A stretch of 64,000 nucleotides of DNA from a virus, in the IMG/VR virus record IMGVR_UViG_3300030329_003387; one strand, written 5' to 3'. This document shows, piece by piece, positions 19,801 to 31,500 of the stretch. How positions within the stretch are numbered: position 1 is the stretch's first letter; every line of letters begins with the position of its first letter. The notes beneath the pieces were generated by a model. It was given only the letters and a program-made list of their open reading frames with translations. It ran no database searches and was not told where the DNA came from. The position numbers and the translations under genes were made by a program.

Positions 19801-21016
19801 CTTTTCTTATTTTTCCATATTCTATAGGTGCGTTTCTGGGTATAGGTATAATTTTTATTACACCTGAATATTCTCTATCCGGGTCTGTTTTTTTTAACAC
19901 GCCTGTTTGTTCGAGCTGGACAAAGAAATCCGCACCTGCCATTTCACATATATTTTGAATTAAGGCCAAGAGAGACATTTTCTCGCCCTTAATTCTATAT
20001 TCATCAGGTATGAGACCTCCGTTGTCGATACTAAGATTGTCTAACTCTGTTAAATCAACTTTATAGCGATGAACATTAATTGGCTCTGTAGCTTTTATTA
20101 CTTGATCGACTCTACTGTCCCGAACGTAATAAAGCGGACCCCCTAACCTTTCTAAATCACTCCCAGCAGCTATATCGTATTTACCTTGAAGTATAGCCTG
20201 ACAAGCTGTTAAAACTTTTCTCCACAAAAACCCATTTCTATTTGTTAAGGCTGCTCCAAAATCATAATATTCATAATAACCATAAGCATTGAGTATATTG
20301 TAGTAACCCATATAACCATTTGTTAGGGTTCTAGCATTTGTTTGCTTGCCGTCATCAAACTTATCTATCATGCCAAAAGACTTATCTGGAGGAGCAGTAG
20401 TTCCAGCATAACCGTTTAGTATTACTTGAGTTCCTTCAAGAAGCTGTCTTGGGTCTACAAGATTAACTTCATAAACTGTTCCACTAGTTCCTTTAGTTCT
20501 TTTATATGAGTTTACTATTCCATTAAACTCAAAAACCTTTTCTAACCTTTCCTGATTAAACTGCTTTTGTTTGTTTTCACCTGAAGGTTTAAGCCAGCTA
20601 AAACCGGCTGTAACACAAGTGTCCTCAGTTTCATACTGAGGTTTTTCTGTATAATTACCTAAAACATCATCTCCTGTACCTACATTTGTATCGTAACATT
20701 TTCCACAATTTGGAATTAACGATTTATAATAAACAAAATAAGCCGGTTCTCCAGTTATAGGAGCATAAAATTTATCACCAGTAGATGTATAATTTTTAGT
20801 AGCGCCTTCAGGAAATCCAGTGTCTTTTTCCCATATATGATAACCCTCATCAACTGCGTTTGGTTTTCTTGTATTAGCCTCGTCTTCAACTAAAGTTACA
20901 TTCACAGTAGTGCTATTACTGTTGAAACCCATACTGGTATTCCAATTTTTAACAGAAGCCCCAAGAAAAGTCTGTTGAAACAGATATTCTTTATCATATG
21001 ATGTGTTTATAGTCAT
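16817..21016 (-). CDS. Putative baseplate hub / tail-tip protein (1399 aa)
   Basis: Position after Dit-like gene; hub-like beta motifs (FNGIVNSY...YEVNLVDPR; LLALIQNICEMAG; C-terminal ESGTVTLAG...YVTDVSINIGDNGVTTTY). Confidence 0.5.
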   Translation of the reverse strand: MTINTSYDKEYLFQQTFLGASVKNWNTSMGFNSNSTTVNVTLVEDEANTRKPNAVDEGYHIWEKDTGFPEGATKNYTSTGDKFYAPITGEPAYFVYYKSLIPNCGKCYDTNVGTGDDVLGNYTEKPQYETEDTCVTAGFSWLKPSGENKQKQFNQERLEKVFEFNGIVNSYKRTKGTSGTVYEVNLVDPRQLLEGTQVILNGYAGTTAPPDKSFGMIDKFDDGKQTNARTLTNGYMGYYNILNAYGYYEYYDFGAALTNRNGFLWRKVLTACQAILQGKYDIAAGSDLERLGGPLYYVRDSRVDQVIKATEPINVHRYKVDLTELDNLSIDNGGLIPDEYRIKGEKMSLLALIQNICEMAGADFFVQLEQTGVLKKTDPDREYSGVIKIIPIPRNAPIEYGKIRKAIDTAHDDEVCGATGTSHPWTNRIVSESMGYEYKDPLSGIMMLGAERTRVVGVSDIGWFTRINAGMIRERFTAGSEKLQEFLPSMEHDGVTYGNPGWYNPHNFPYVRGHSYDQASGGVLGAISNVPASPSPASNDDYIAYGKSLVPNMNTAAGLANLAGPLPAGTKAPFMPTGTWGDGLLDIFPCWGFLKGVDKLKGPFASIALLQQRAEGIPIMGGFADDNPYNDFDTNEGIFTIFEYYNPYSTVNLPVSGRTMPVIGSSTSMVVKNPTGYEAKLPVCKNPYHSWCYSHGQAGPTYRYKLLNQKFDNRSSVFINEDCCFNNEISNHCLENPYMLRPQMKGGNLIGTYCKNPDGNKGRLVSWDWHIPPVNVIPINLAGTGWRGGPVTNNGDYSHFYYTTVTALRAAIEGEESWREYTIIFEPWLHCNMGASTCPMQMGTTTAAANAFDLSGSVHSSITCETYTIEDSQAGTIPAGEGVGSCKKDENGDIKYTKPITVMGGSSVHSFNRWLGVQHTGVATDANAGGDGRMQEVEIDTGTGAGTKVQGATVESTLSEVYQRVAKVANEFYGRKYLVPLPFTPNEVGQHLRQISDEVYQFESSWEPSQSGWVDIDITTPELAKRYPQNISFFDQSGKLMPFAVYPNMHKQVISKNMSSIYFPNGGFPIELDPTQYHVTNLMPANSMGGDSIGKVYSKAMVDEQVYWLWNPTTYAIQTGRATSGTVKPYAMIEIASPAVYNDTDMVQAMVPTYGGGLNGVPANSFWRRNVGALNSFISADGQINRYATLAAIPLWRVDDGRTLFHGDANHPRAAFNTFNYIGDNDKEGSGRFSLAAAMFKPWTVGVPMKSNRYRWGPWAEGRGFGKARLEIDNTFAPENFGGFDNMELAATAKLQAAVEPAGATNGVANESGTVTLAGLPSTLDTNKPTIMGLQLLDTGPYVTDVSINIGDNGVTTTYTMKTQRKAHKLNEIYENRMRQGAEDFIQLAHDLANGFQPI

Positions 21017-21019
21017 ATT

Positions 21020-23035
21020 TTATCTCTTAGTTCCCGGATAGGTATTATCTGCGCCAGTAACTCCGTCTACATCATCTCCACAAATATAACTTTCACTTAG
21101 CTCATAAGTCCAACCCATAGTCCAGCTCCAAGATCCACTTTGAGGATCCCAGTTTTCTTGAGGGGCGGTGTCTGCATAGTATACACGAGCATGTGTAGGA
21201 GTAAATTTATCTACAATTTGTCTTATAGCATCTCTTTGACTAAGTGACCCAACGCCACCCGGTATTGTTGAAACCATGCTAGGTTTTTTTGCATTAGCAT
21301 CGCTATAATCTGAAGCCAAATAATTTGGGTTATCAACCCACTTTCTGTCTGAAGTTGTTCCGTCTGGATTTTTTGTACAGCTATCTTCATCTTCATGTAA
21401 GGTCTTATATGAATTAGGATCTATACAAAATTTTGTACTATCAACATCTACAACACAGTTCATTGACATTGTTCTTTTCCAAGGGCCTTGAGTTCCTATG
21501 TTTTGAAGTATAGGGCCAACTTTTCTTCCTATAACCTGCTGCTGCGCTATTATGTTACCGGGATACGTGTCATTAATTGAAACTGCTTCTGTTTTACAAA
21601 ATGGTATGTGATATTTTCTATTCTCAAACGTATAGCTGTAAGTTATATTTCCGGTTTGTGGATTTCTTGTTATATTGCTATTTGTTGGTGTGGGTATTAT
21701 AGTACTGTCTTCGGACCATTTTTGCGCAGATTTATATAGCATTGGTTTTAACAACGCAAACTGCGCTTGTGCGTTTATATACTTTTCATAACCATTGACT
21801 TCTGTTCTTGCCAACTCAAAATTGTTCTTGTTACCATCATTAGCGCCAGATGATTTCGTCTGCCCGTTTCCGTCAATCTTAGCCGTTGTATCATATTCTG
21901 AGTCTCCAGCTAGCCTAACACCCTGTATCGTTCCGTTAATTGTTATGGCGGTCTTACCATGCCCAGAATCTCCACCTCTTGTAAACTGCATAGTTTCAAC
22001 AGCTAAAGTATGCTCTGGTAATAAATCAAAAGTTTCTGTCACACTAAAAGTGCCGTCCATCTCCCCTATACTTTGTGTCTTCTCGTAATTATATACGGTA
22101 TATTTTGTTATGGTTTTTCCTCTAAGCTTGTTATCACCTGTTATGTCGTAAGGAATATTAGAGCCATATAAAGAAAGGTCTACTTCTCTATCACCTTCCA
22201 TGACGTGCGACCCAAACATTAATTTTTTTCTACAAAAATCTCTAGCCTGCGACCAAGCTTCTCCATTAAGCTTATTAAAAAACCCATCTTTAGAATCTTC
22301 CGCCAAGCCATCCCTACCAAATCTTTCGGTAGCATACCCTTGCGCTCCGCCACCTTCAAATCTTCGTTTTCCGGTCGCGTTAACCGTATGACTAACTTTG
22401 TAAGTAGGAAAAGTACCTAATGAAAATTTTCCGAGTTGGAGAAAGCCGCCAGTGTCAGGGTCGTGATTAAGAAAAACCTGTTCGTTATCTTCGCTGATTT
22501 CCCAACTCTCACCAGCCGCACTAACAAGTTCATGCCCCTGAAGAGTCATGTCATCTGGGTCATTGACTCCAGCACCCTGCAAAGAATAAGACTCAAGAAC
22601 AACAGTGTAAGGTTGAACGTATATATTTCCCGGAGCTTGTTCAGGAAATGTAACGGAAACAATAGTTGGATTACATTTGATAGTAGCCGCTCCAGTAAAA
22701 GGAGCGGTTATAGCCAGTTCACCACCCTCATTAACTTTAGAAAATAGCTTTCTTAAAAGTTGCTGCTTCTTTAATATGTCTGTATATGCATGAGCGTGAA
22801 CGTGATCGTCAATAATTTTGTCAGCGCTGTCTGTCAGAAAACCGTTGGTTGCGTCTGCATGAGTAGACGGAGACCCTCTGTCAGGAACTAAAGTCCCATT
22901 TAAAGTAATCGTATAAGTAACACCTAATATCTGACCATCTCCAGACCTGTCGTAGTTTTTATCTATCGACACAAAAGGAGCTGGCGTCAAATAACAAATT
23001 TGATTTGGTTCATGTGCATGATATGAAACTGGCAT
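21020..23035 (-). CDS. Putative distal tail (Dit-like) / tail-tip protein
   Basis: Position near TMP; repeated beta-strand motifs (YTITLNGT, YKVSHTVNATG, ITINGTIQG, GNITYSYTF). Confidence 0.45.
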   Translation of the reverse strand: MPVSYHAHEPNQICYLTPAPFVSIDKNYDRSGDGQILGVTYTITLNGTLVPDRGSPSTHADATNGFLTDSADKIIDDHVHAHAYTDILKKQQLLRKLFSKVNEGGELAITAPFTGAATIKCNPTIVSVTFPEQAPGNIYVQPYTVVLESYSLQGAGVNDPDDMTLQGHELVSAAGESWEISEDNEQVFLNHDPDTGGFLQLGKFSLGTFPTYKVSHTVNATGKRRFEGGGAQGYATERFGRDGLAEDSKDGFFNKLNGEAWSQARDFCRKKLMFGSHVMEGDREVDLSLYGSNIPYDITGDNKLRGKTITKYTVYNYEKTQSIGEMDGTFSVTETFDLLPEHTLAVETMQFTRGGDSGHGKTAITINGTIQGVRLAGDSEYDTTAKIDGNGQTKSSGANDGNKNNFELARTEVNGYEKYINAQAQFALLKPMLYKSAQKWSEDSTIIPTPTNSNITRNPQTGNITYSYTFENRKYHIPFCKTEAVSINDTYPGNIIAQQQVIGRKVGPILQNIGTQGPWKRTMSMNCVVDVDSTKFCIDPNSYKTLHEDEDSCTKNPDGTTSDRKWVDNPNYLASDYSDANAKKPSMVSTIPGGVGSLSQRDAIRQIVDKFTPTHARVYYADTAPQENWDPQSGSWSWTMGWTYELSESYICGDDVDGVTGADNTYPGTKR

Positions 23036-23043
23036 TTTTTCAC

Positions 23044-25521
23044 CTAATCTGTAGTTCTATAACCTTGAGTATATAAAGTTGCATCCCAATTACCGCTGGA
23101 TTTTATGGAAGGAATAACTAGATCCATTGTTCCGCTAGATATGGTTCTCCCAACAGTTACCATGTCCGCACTATTATTAGTATTTACAATAGGCTTTCCA
23201 CTAAACCTTTTACCCTTAACCAAAAATTGTGGATCATCCGGCTGCATATATAGATTCATTGAATCATTATGTTTATACTCCGAAGGACCAAGTAAATATA
23301 GCTTTGTAGTATTGACCCCACTTTCCGTTGTCTTTACTGATAACGGCATAGTAGCTATAGGCTTCTTACCTTGAATAAACTGTGGAAAATTGATATTGAA
23401 TTTTGCAGGATCAATTTTAGGGAATGCTAGGTTCATTCCTACTTCTGCAACACCAGTAGGAGCTTCTGGTATTATCAAAAGGGGCATAGTTTTTTGTATG
23501 TATGGGTAAATATTTACGCCACCCTTAGTTTCTAAGTTCAAGTTATTATTTGCATAATAAACCTTACCGCCGATAAACAGCGTTTTTGTCATTTTTTCAA
23601 TAGCGCCGAGAAGACTTAAGTTCATGCTGTCATTAATTGTTACGCCAGCATTAGCACTAAGATAGCCATGACCTGTATCACCCATACTGGTTTTGGCATC
23701 TTGATTTATGACTAGCGGCATACTCTGTGTAGCTTTGTCAGTAAATACCGTTAATCTAAGATCGCCTGAAGCTTTCGCTTTCAAGCCGCCATCGACAAAC
23801 AATGGAAGGTCAACGCCATTTCCGGGAGATAAGGGATTTCCGGCAACGGTTAGTTGTCCATCAATATTGTTGTACTTGTTATATCTGTCAAACCCTGTGT
23901 ATCTTATCTTTGTTGAGTAAACTTTAAATTCAGCATCATATGGATGGTCGTACTCTGGGTAGAATACTGTAAGGTTAAGTTTATGTTCTCTAAAGTCTTC
24001 TCTAAAAGAATTTCCATTTTGATAGAAGTTGCTGACCCCATCTAATGGAGCTTCAAAGGTAATCTTTTGCTTTTCCCCAGAAGGAACCATAATCCCACTA
24101 GGAAACCAATTCAAACTTTTATATTTATTTATTAAAAGTTCATGTTCTTTATGCAATAACGCGGCTGAAAACTTAGCTCCACTTGGGTGATTTGTACTGT
24201 TCTCTACCCATACATCTACAGCAACGGTATCAAGTTGGTGGAAGGTAGGAGGTGTTTCTTCTATCCTAACACTTAGAACAGATGACACAGCGTAGTTTGA
24301 ATTGCCCCAAAGATTTGTGTCATAAGCTCCACCTAAAGCTTTTTCGCTATTACCTGAAGCTACAGTAAATTCAATATAGTCTTTGTCTTGAGCGTCAAAA
24401 GCCCCACTAAATAAACCAGCCTTAAAAGCAGCTCCGGTTGGCGCAGAATAACTTTTTATAATATCTGTAACGCCAAACGTATGATTATAAAACTTACTAA
24501 CCTCTTCGTCGCTAAAAGTCTTGTTACTAATACCTACTTCGTCTACCCATCCGGTATAACCACGTTCAGATATGGCAAACCCTCGTTTACCTAAAATTAT
24601 GTCAGTATTATCAGCTCCAGTTACGTCCCTGCTAAAAGTATTGGACTCACCTTCAATTTTACCGTTTACATAAATCTTTAATCTTGACTCGCCAGAAGCA
24701 AAAACTCCAACAACATGTGCTGGATATTTGTATTCTTGATAGTTCTTTGCTGACTTTGCTACAAAAGCTGTGTTAAGACCAGAAACGTTTCCATCAGAAC
24801 GTATGTAGAACTTGCCGTCAAAGTCACAGCCTAGAACAAATTTAGCTGGATTTTCTTTGTGCTGAGCGAGAATAACGGTATCACTTATATCGCCACTGGG
24901 TAATATTTTAGAGTAAACCGTAAAGCCCTTTGCGTCACTTAGACTGACGCCGCTACCTAAATTAACATTGGCTCTTTCAGAAAGGAATAGACATCTTTCT
25001 TGTATAGCTTCTCGACCTACTATACCTACGAGATCTCCGGCCTTTTGCCATACAGCAAAACCGTCTCCAGCAGAGTCTCCATCGGCAGTACCGGAAGAAC
25101 CACCACCAACACCTGCGGTACATGGGCCGGAAACAACACCACCCATATAACCAGCTCCGTCAGGTGGATCTGTACATCCACAAGTAGCGTCGTATGAATC
25201 AGGTTGATCTCCACATAGGTTTGAATATAAAAACCATTCAGCCCCATCCCACATCCAAGCGCAACCCTCTGGGTCACAACCCAGTCCACTGGCATTAGTG
25301 GATGTGCCTTTTTTAGACTTTACAACAGGAGAGCCAGAATACAGACCGCTACCCTCAAGAGGCATGTAAAGTTTATTAAACTTCCTTACAATCTCTTTAT
25401 TGTAACTCCCTCGCCAGTATCCGAATTCTCTGTTTACACCACTAGGAAATATTTCTCTTTCCTCTACGTGGGCAACACTTCCGAATATGACTAGGCCCAT
25501 ATTTCCTGAAGAAGCGGTCAT
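23044..25521 (-). CDS. Tail protein with LamG/concanavalin A-like lectin domain
   Basis: HVVGVF...LKIYVNG...IILGKR...YTGWVDEVGISNKTFSDEEVSKFYN; C-terminal MxL repeats. Confidence 0.7.
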   Translation of the reverse strand: MTASSGNMGLVIFGSVAHVEEREIFPSGVNREFGYWRGSYNKEIVRKFNKLYMPLEGSGLYSGSPVVKSKKGTSTNASGLGCDPEGCAWMWDGAEWFLYSNLCGDQPDSYDATCGCTDPPDGAGYMGGVVSGPCTAGVGGGSSGTADGDSAGDGFAVWQKAGDLVGIVGREAIQERCLFLSERANVNLGSGVSLSDAKGFTVYSKILPSGDISDTVILAQHKENPAKFVLGCDFDGKFYIRSDGNVSGLNTAFVAKSAKNYQEYKYPAHVVGVFASGESRLKIYVNGKIEGESNTFSRDVTGADNTDIILGKRGFAISERGYTGWVDEVGISNKTFSDEEVSKFYNHTFGVTDIIKSYSAPTGAAFKAGLFSGAFDAQDKDYIEFTVASGNSEKALGGAYDTNLWGNSNYAVSSVLSVRIEETPPTFHQLDTVAVDVWVENSTNHPSGAKFSAALLHKEHELLINKYKSLNWFPSGIMVPSGEKQKITFEAPLDGVSNFYQNGNSFREDFREHKLNLTVFYPEYDHPYDAEFKVYSTKIRYTGFDRYNKYNNIDGQLTVAGNPLSPGNGVDLPLFVDGGLKAKASGDLRLTVFTDKATQSMPLVINQDAKTSMGDTGHGYLSANAGVTINDSMNLSLLGAIEKMTKTLFIGGKVYYANNNLNLETKGGVNIYPYIQKTMPLLIIPEAPTGVAEVGMNLAFPKIDPAKFNINFPQFIQGKKPIATMPLSVKTTESGVNTTKLYLLGPSEYKHNDSMNLYMQPDDPQFLVKGKRFSGKPIVNTNNSADMVTVGRTISSGTMDLVIPSIKSSGNWDATLYTQGYRTTD

Positions 25522-25532
25522 TAATTATTCCT

Positions 25533-28500
25533 TTAGGCAGTCCCTTCTATATCCATTCTTGGCATATCTGGGAACTGTCTTTCTATGAAGCTATTAATTC
25601 CCCTACTAACTTCTCGTCTAATTTTTCTTTGCATTCCTCTGCTCATTTCTCCGTCATCAGTAGGCTCACCATTATGGTTCACACTTACTATAACGTTCAT
25701 GTCTTCAATTTTGTGCGACATTTGTATTCCGCCCTTGAATAATTCTTCAAGTCTCTTGACAGAGCTGTCAAATGAACCTACAGCGTCAGTAAAGGCGGAC
25801 GAATCTAATCTGTACATATTAGTTCCGCCTGTAACTTCACCCTCACCGCCACCAGCCAAGTAGTTGGTTCCTCTAGATTTTTTACTTCTATTGTTAGTAT
25901 GTCCAGCGCCCATGCTATTAATAGACTTGAGAGTTTCTATACCTACAGCATCTACAGCAGCTTTTCTTACAACAAACTCTCCCGGTGTTAACATTGCAGG
26001 AACTGTGTCTGTTCCCATAGCTGGACCACCAGTATTAAACAACGAAACAAAACCGCCTTTAGCATATCCTCTATTTTTAGCTTCTTTTTTGTAAAATTCA
26101 GCAAGTTCATCCTTTAGTTGGTTTCTAGATTTTCCACTTGGATTTTTACTGGCGGTGCGACTCTGACTCATTAAATGGTCGTAATGTCTAGTCAGAACTT
26201 CATTACCTTCTAAAACCTCATCAAGAAATTTTTGAGGTACACCTCTGTTTGAGAGGGTCTTTTTCACTCTCGATTGTTTCATAGCTATTTCTTTTTTAGC
26301 AGCTTCAAGAGCTTCTCGGCTACCATACACGTTATCCCAATCATGTATTGCTTTCGGTCCTGAGTCAGGTATCGCGTCTTGTTTCTTTAATTCATCTAGA
26401 GCTGCTCCTCCGCGAAGTTGCTCACCTTCCATTGCTAGCCTTTTGTTCATCGCTGCCTGTCTTCCGGGAGAGATAGGACGACCTGCATACTGTTCTTGTA
26501 CCTGTTTAAGTGTAGGTCTTGGTTCTTTCGGTCCTCTTGTCAGTTTCTGGGTTTTTCCAACAACAGCATTTGCCGGAGTGTAAGGTTTTTTACCCGGCTG
26601 CATAACAGCGTCTTTTGCTTCTACTCCTGTATCCATTCTTTCCATAGTTTGAGCAACTTTGATGTCTTCCAGCATTTTATTTGGAAGAACTTCTTTTCCT
26701 ACGGGAGAGACTTTCTCTTGCGTCTTACCTCGCGGACGATTCAACATATCTTGCTTTGTTACTGTCGGATTGAGATCTTCCATTGCTTGAGCTTCATTTC
26801 TTCTTCTTGCAAGGGCGCCTTCAGGATTTTCAGCTCCTCTTGTTTGAATTTGATCTCTAAAGTCTTTCTGGCCAGCTTTAAATTTGTTTAGATAATCTTC
26901 AGCTATAGCATTTTCTTCTGCTGCGTTCTTTGCAGCTGCTTCTGCTGCTTCTTCTGCTGCTTCTTTAGCTTCTTTTTGGTCCTTGTCAAAGTCTTTCCTC
27001 TTTTGCTCTAACTCCTTTGTCTTATCGCTTTTGCGCAAGAATTTATCTTGCGTTTTGCTTAATGCAATTTCTGCATCAAGTTTAGCTCGCTGTTCTGCTG
27101 GAGTCAGTTCACCTACTGATTGCTTTGCAGCATCATCTGCCTGTTTTGTAACTTGTGCCTGTCTTCTAGTTACAACCTGTATCGTGTCGTCTACTTGGTC
27201 AATTGCGGCAAGACTAAAAGTCTCTCCAGCTCCATATTTTCCAGCGGCTGCGGCTGCTGGTTTTGGAGTGGTTGCGGCTGCTGGTTTTGGAGTGGTTGCG
27301 GCTGCTGGTTTTGGCTTAACAGCTGTAACGGGTTTTTTAGGGACGGTATCGGCAGGAACTTTCCAGCGACCAACGGTGACAGCTTCTTTGGCCTGATTCA
27401 TTATATCGTCCGCTATTCCAAGCGCTTTTTGAGCAACTTCCTCAACTGTGTCCATTAAACTACCAACATTAAGAGAGCCGGGATGATTGAACATCTCTTC
27501 TTTTGCTTTTTGTAGCCAATCAATAGTGACTTCAGGATCACCTCCCGGTCTTTTTACCTTCTTAGCTTCAAGTTCTGCTAGTTTATTTTTACCTTGCTGT
27601 ATTCGCACTTCGTCTGCGGCACTAAACGCATTAGGCTTTGCTCCCTTCGGTACTTGACCCGGAGGAAGATTCTTTATCATCGCTTGTTTTTGTGCGGTGG
27701 TAAGAGTCGCGTCATTTATAATATCATCATAAGTTCTTGCAGCAAAACCTAGACCCGGCTTAGTTTCAAATGTTGTTTTTCCTTTACCGGGGATTATATC
27801 TGTATAGAAACTCGATTGTGGATCAAACGCGCCGAAATCACTTTTGTATGTTTTACCAGTTTCTGGATCGATGTATGTCTTTCTTGCTGGCCCTTGCCCA
27901 CGAGCTTCAACATAATTTCGCATGTCGGCAGTAATTGCCTCTGGCCTCTTCGGTATTTCAGGCGCGTCGGGTGTAAATTTACCACGATTGAGAGGATCAA
28001 ACGTTCCGGGTTCCATACCTTGAAGTAGATCATCAACTGCTGCGTCTGGTTTTACAGGACCTTTAGGTGCAGGTTTTGGTTTAGTCAATTCTCCTAAACC
28101 CGGCTTTTTACCAGTCAATATGTCCATCGAAGATTGACCTAGAAGTTTATTTACTTCTGCGCTGTGCCTAGCTTGCGTTGCTCTTTTCTGAGCCTGTTCT
28201 GCAATATCATTCGCAAACGACTTAGCTTTTTTAACAGTAGTACTGACGACATTTTTTGTTACTTTTGCGCCGACTTTACCTACTTTGCTTCCTGCCATTC
28301 CCGGAACAGCAACTTCGGCAAGGTCCAATATTCCCTGTCTGTCTTTGGCTTGTTGCTCAGTTAAACCGCCCTGCATAGCGCGTTCGACAAACTTATCTTC
28401 ATACTCTTCACCCGTAAATGTAGAGGTAAGAGCATCACCAAACCCCTGCAAACTAGCCATGAAGCCAGCTCTGTCATCCTCGCTAACAATAGCGGGTATC

Positions 28501-31500
28501 GCCTGCATTCCAGTTTGGATTAGGTTGGGGACGGCCATCATAGCGCCCTCTACAACATTAACACTCTTGCTTTGCTCAATACCTTCTCGTGTTATGTCTT
28601 TGACGCTGGCGCCTTCCTTAGCAAGATGTGTTGACCGAGCAACGAACGCATTGATAGAGTCTTCTGAATGACCAGCCTTACGCATTCTTTCAGCTTCATC
28701 AAGAACGGCATTTAATGCATGAGCTTCAATTTTTTCATCAATGAATTCTCCCATCATTCCCATGCCGCTCTTAAGAGCATCGCCAGTAAGGTCCCACGCC
28801 CCTAAAAGTATGTTGCCACCGATGTTGCCAGTTCTGTCAATATTTTCCTTCATATAGTCGCGTTTTTGAGTCTCGGTATCTACCTTACCCCTTGCGGCCA
28901 CGGCTGTACCCATCGTTCCCATCTGAGGATTAACTTTTACAACTTTTTCAAAATATTCTCTCCAAGGCTTTGCTGCTTGTAATATTTTTCTTTGACGATC
29001 AAACTCTGCTTTGTCATTACCCATTCCTGTTGGTAAATTCATAAGATTTGAATCTATTTCAGATGATTTCATCTGTCTCCACCAACTACCAGCTTGCGTT
29101 TCTATAATGTCAAGAACGCTCTTGTCTTGTAAGTTTACCGGCGGGGATTCATATGGGCTAATTATCCCATCTTTATCTATATCGCGAGGATCAAATGTAC
29201 CCCCAAAATGCTCATTAAGGGTTGCATAAGTAACAGGCTTTTCTGGAATTTCATAGGCTTTTGCTGCCGCAAGAAGTTTTTCATAGCTTGCATTAATAGC
29301 CTCTGCAAACTTTTGATCTTCTGTGCTAGAAGGGAACATTCCCATTTTTCCAAAATCTTCAACCTGCTTGCGTACTAAAGGATTATCAGGATCTACTGCG
29401 ATACCTTCAGTGGTTGCACTTTTTCCAACTTGACTTTCTTTATAACTTGTTCGTAACTTATAGTAAGCTTTACCTAATTTTTGTTGTTCAATAGCTGTGT
29501 ATTTTGCGTTTTCTTTGTCTACTCTAGCTCTTTCTTTTACATCTAAAGCATAAAGATCTTCCATAACATCCGTAGGAAGGACTGGGAAGGTTTCAATTTG
29601 TGTATTTCCCGGACCTTCTTTAGTAGATCTAAAGGTAAATGCATTTTCTATTTTTGAAGCTTTGCCGCGATAAACACCTTGGTTATAAGATTCTCTATGA
29701 GCAATAAAACTATCAAGAAGAATGTTCAAATCCTCTTCATTTTTTTCTGCTATATTTTTTTCTAGATCTGCTATTCTCTGACCAAAACTTCCTCTCAATC
29801 TGCTTTTAAATGGCGCTTTGTCTTGTATCATTTGATACCCAGCAGGACTTCTTTTAAATCCTTGTCCGGGTTGATAACTTGCGTATTGAGTAGCTAAAGC
29901 TCCGTCATCTCTTGCCGCTTGTAAAAATGCTCCATGATTAAATTGTGCTAAATAAGGTATGGCGTTGAGATTCGCAAAAACTTGCTTTTGATCTTTTTCT
30001 GATAATTGATGACTTACGTTACCTTGACTATCTACAAGAGGTGCGTCTTTGAACCTATCTTTATCCTTTCCAATCTCAAGATCGCCACTAGCTTCTAGAC
30101 TATCTAAAAGCTTATAGAGTGATCCGGCTTCTGTCATTGGTTGTATAAATCTAGCAGCCTTTTTTAAATCTTGTTCTGCAAAAAACTCAAGCATCCTTTT
30201 GTCTCTTGCGTAAGATTTTAGGTCGCCGGGAGCTTCACCTCTACCGTAAGTTTGTATCCATTGTTTAGAATGGTCTTTATCAGGAGGATTAAGTCTAGAC
30301 GGAGGCCAGTTTTTAATTGTTCGGTTATTTTCGTCTGGGTGACTTTCAGCATGTTCTTCAGCTTCAGCTAAGTATGCGCCAACAAGCCTCTTTGGATCTA
30401 CTAAACCACCTTCAGCTAAGTATTGAGTCTTGCCGCTATTGAGAGCTTGTAATGCTCCCATGTTTTTCTGAGCAGCTTTTCTATTAACAACAAACTCGCC
30501 GGGTGTTAGCATGGCCGGTACTGTATCTGTACCCTTTGGAGCAAATATAGTTCCACCATCAGCTTTAGTTACTGGCTTTACTTGGAACGGACGAGCGTTT
30601 TCTTTAAACTCTGCACTCCAACCTTTCCAAGCCATTGAGAAGCTCTCTTTTACTTGCTTCTGCATAAGACCTAAATGTCTTGCCACTGTTCCACCACCAA
30701 AGAACAGATCCATCATTTTTCGTTGACCTTCTTCAACTTTTCCATAACCCCATTCGTTAGCCGGTAAATTCGCCCAACCGTTAAGTCTGCCTATCAAACC
30801 ACGCTGGCCGATGAAAGTCATAGCTTTTTTAGGGTCTCCGGTGGTGTTACCGCCACCTAACAAACCTTGCATTGCGGCTATGCCTTGGTTTTTAGGGTTA
30901 GCTCCGGGTCCAACGGCTCCAGTTACGCCTTTTACACTAACGTCTCGTATTTTGCCTTTGGATTGGTGTACTGCATCCCAACCTAGACCTAACTGCTCAG
31001 AGATTCTCTCTTGATTAATTTTAAGACCACTAGCGTCCATTCCGTTAAGAAATCCGCCTCTAATCATGACTTGTAAATCATGACCAAGACCTTTAAAGAA
31101 TGGAAATACCATATGTGCGGTATTTTCATCAAATTCATAATTTTGCAGCCATCGTCTGTTAATACCTGCATATTTAGGCATTGCTGACTTAATTCTATTC
31201 TTCATCATAAAGTTGGTAACTTTATTCATATGGGAAGCAAGCCTGCTTCCGGTAAGAATAGGACTTTTCATAAACTTAAAGTTTTCATTTACGTCGTCTT
31301 TAAGTTCTTTGTTTGCTAGCGCGTCTTTTTCTTGCTGATCTTTTACAGCCTCCTGAGCATCTTCAACGTCTCCTGCGCCCATGCCCTGTATAGCTACCCC
31401 ACCAAAAAGTGCGGTTTGAAGTGCGTCAAGAGCTGTACCATATCCTGCGGAAGTATTGTTTGCCTTTATAAATTTATGGTAATTGACAAAAATTTCACGC

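Noticed and set aside
27249-27314. Tandem repeat as a CRISPR array
   Set aside because: No spacers; it is an in-frame coding repeat and no cas genes are present.
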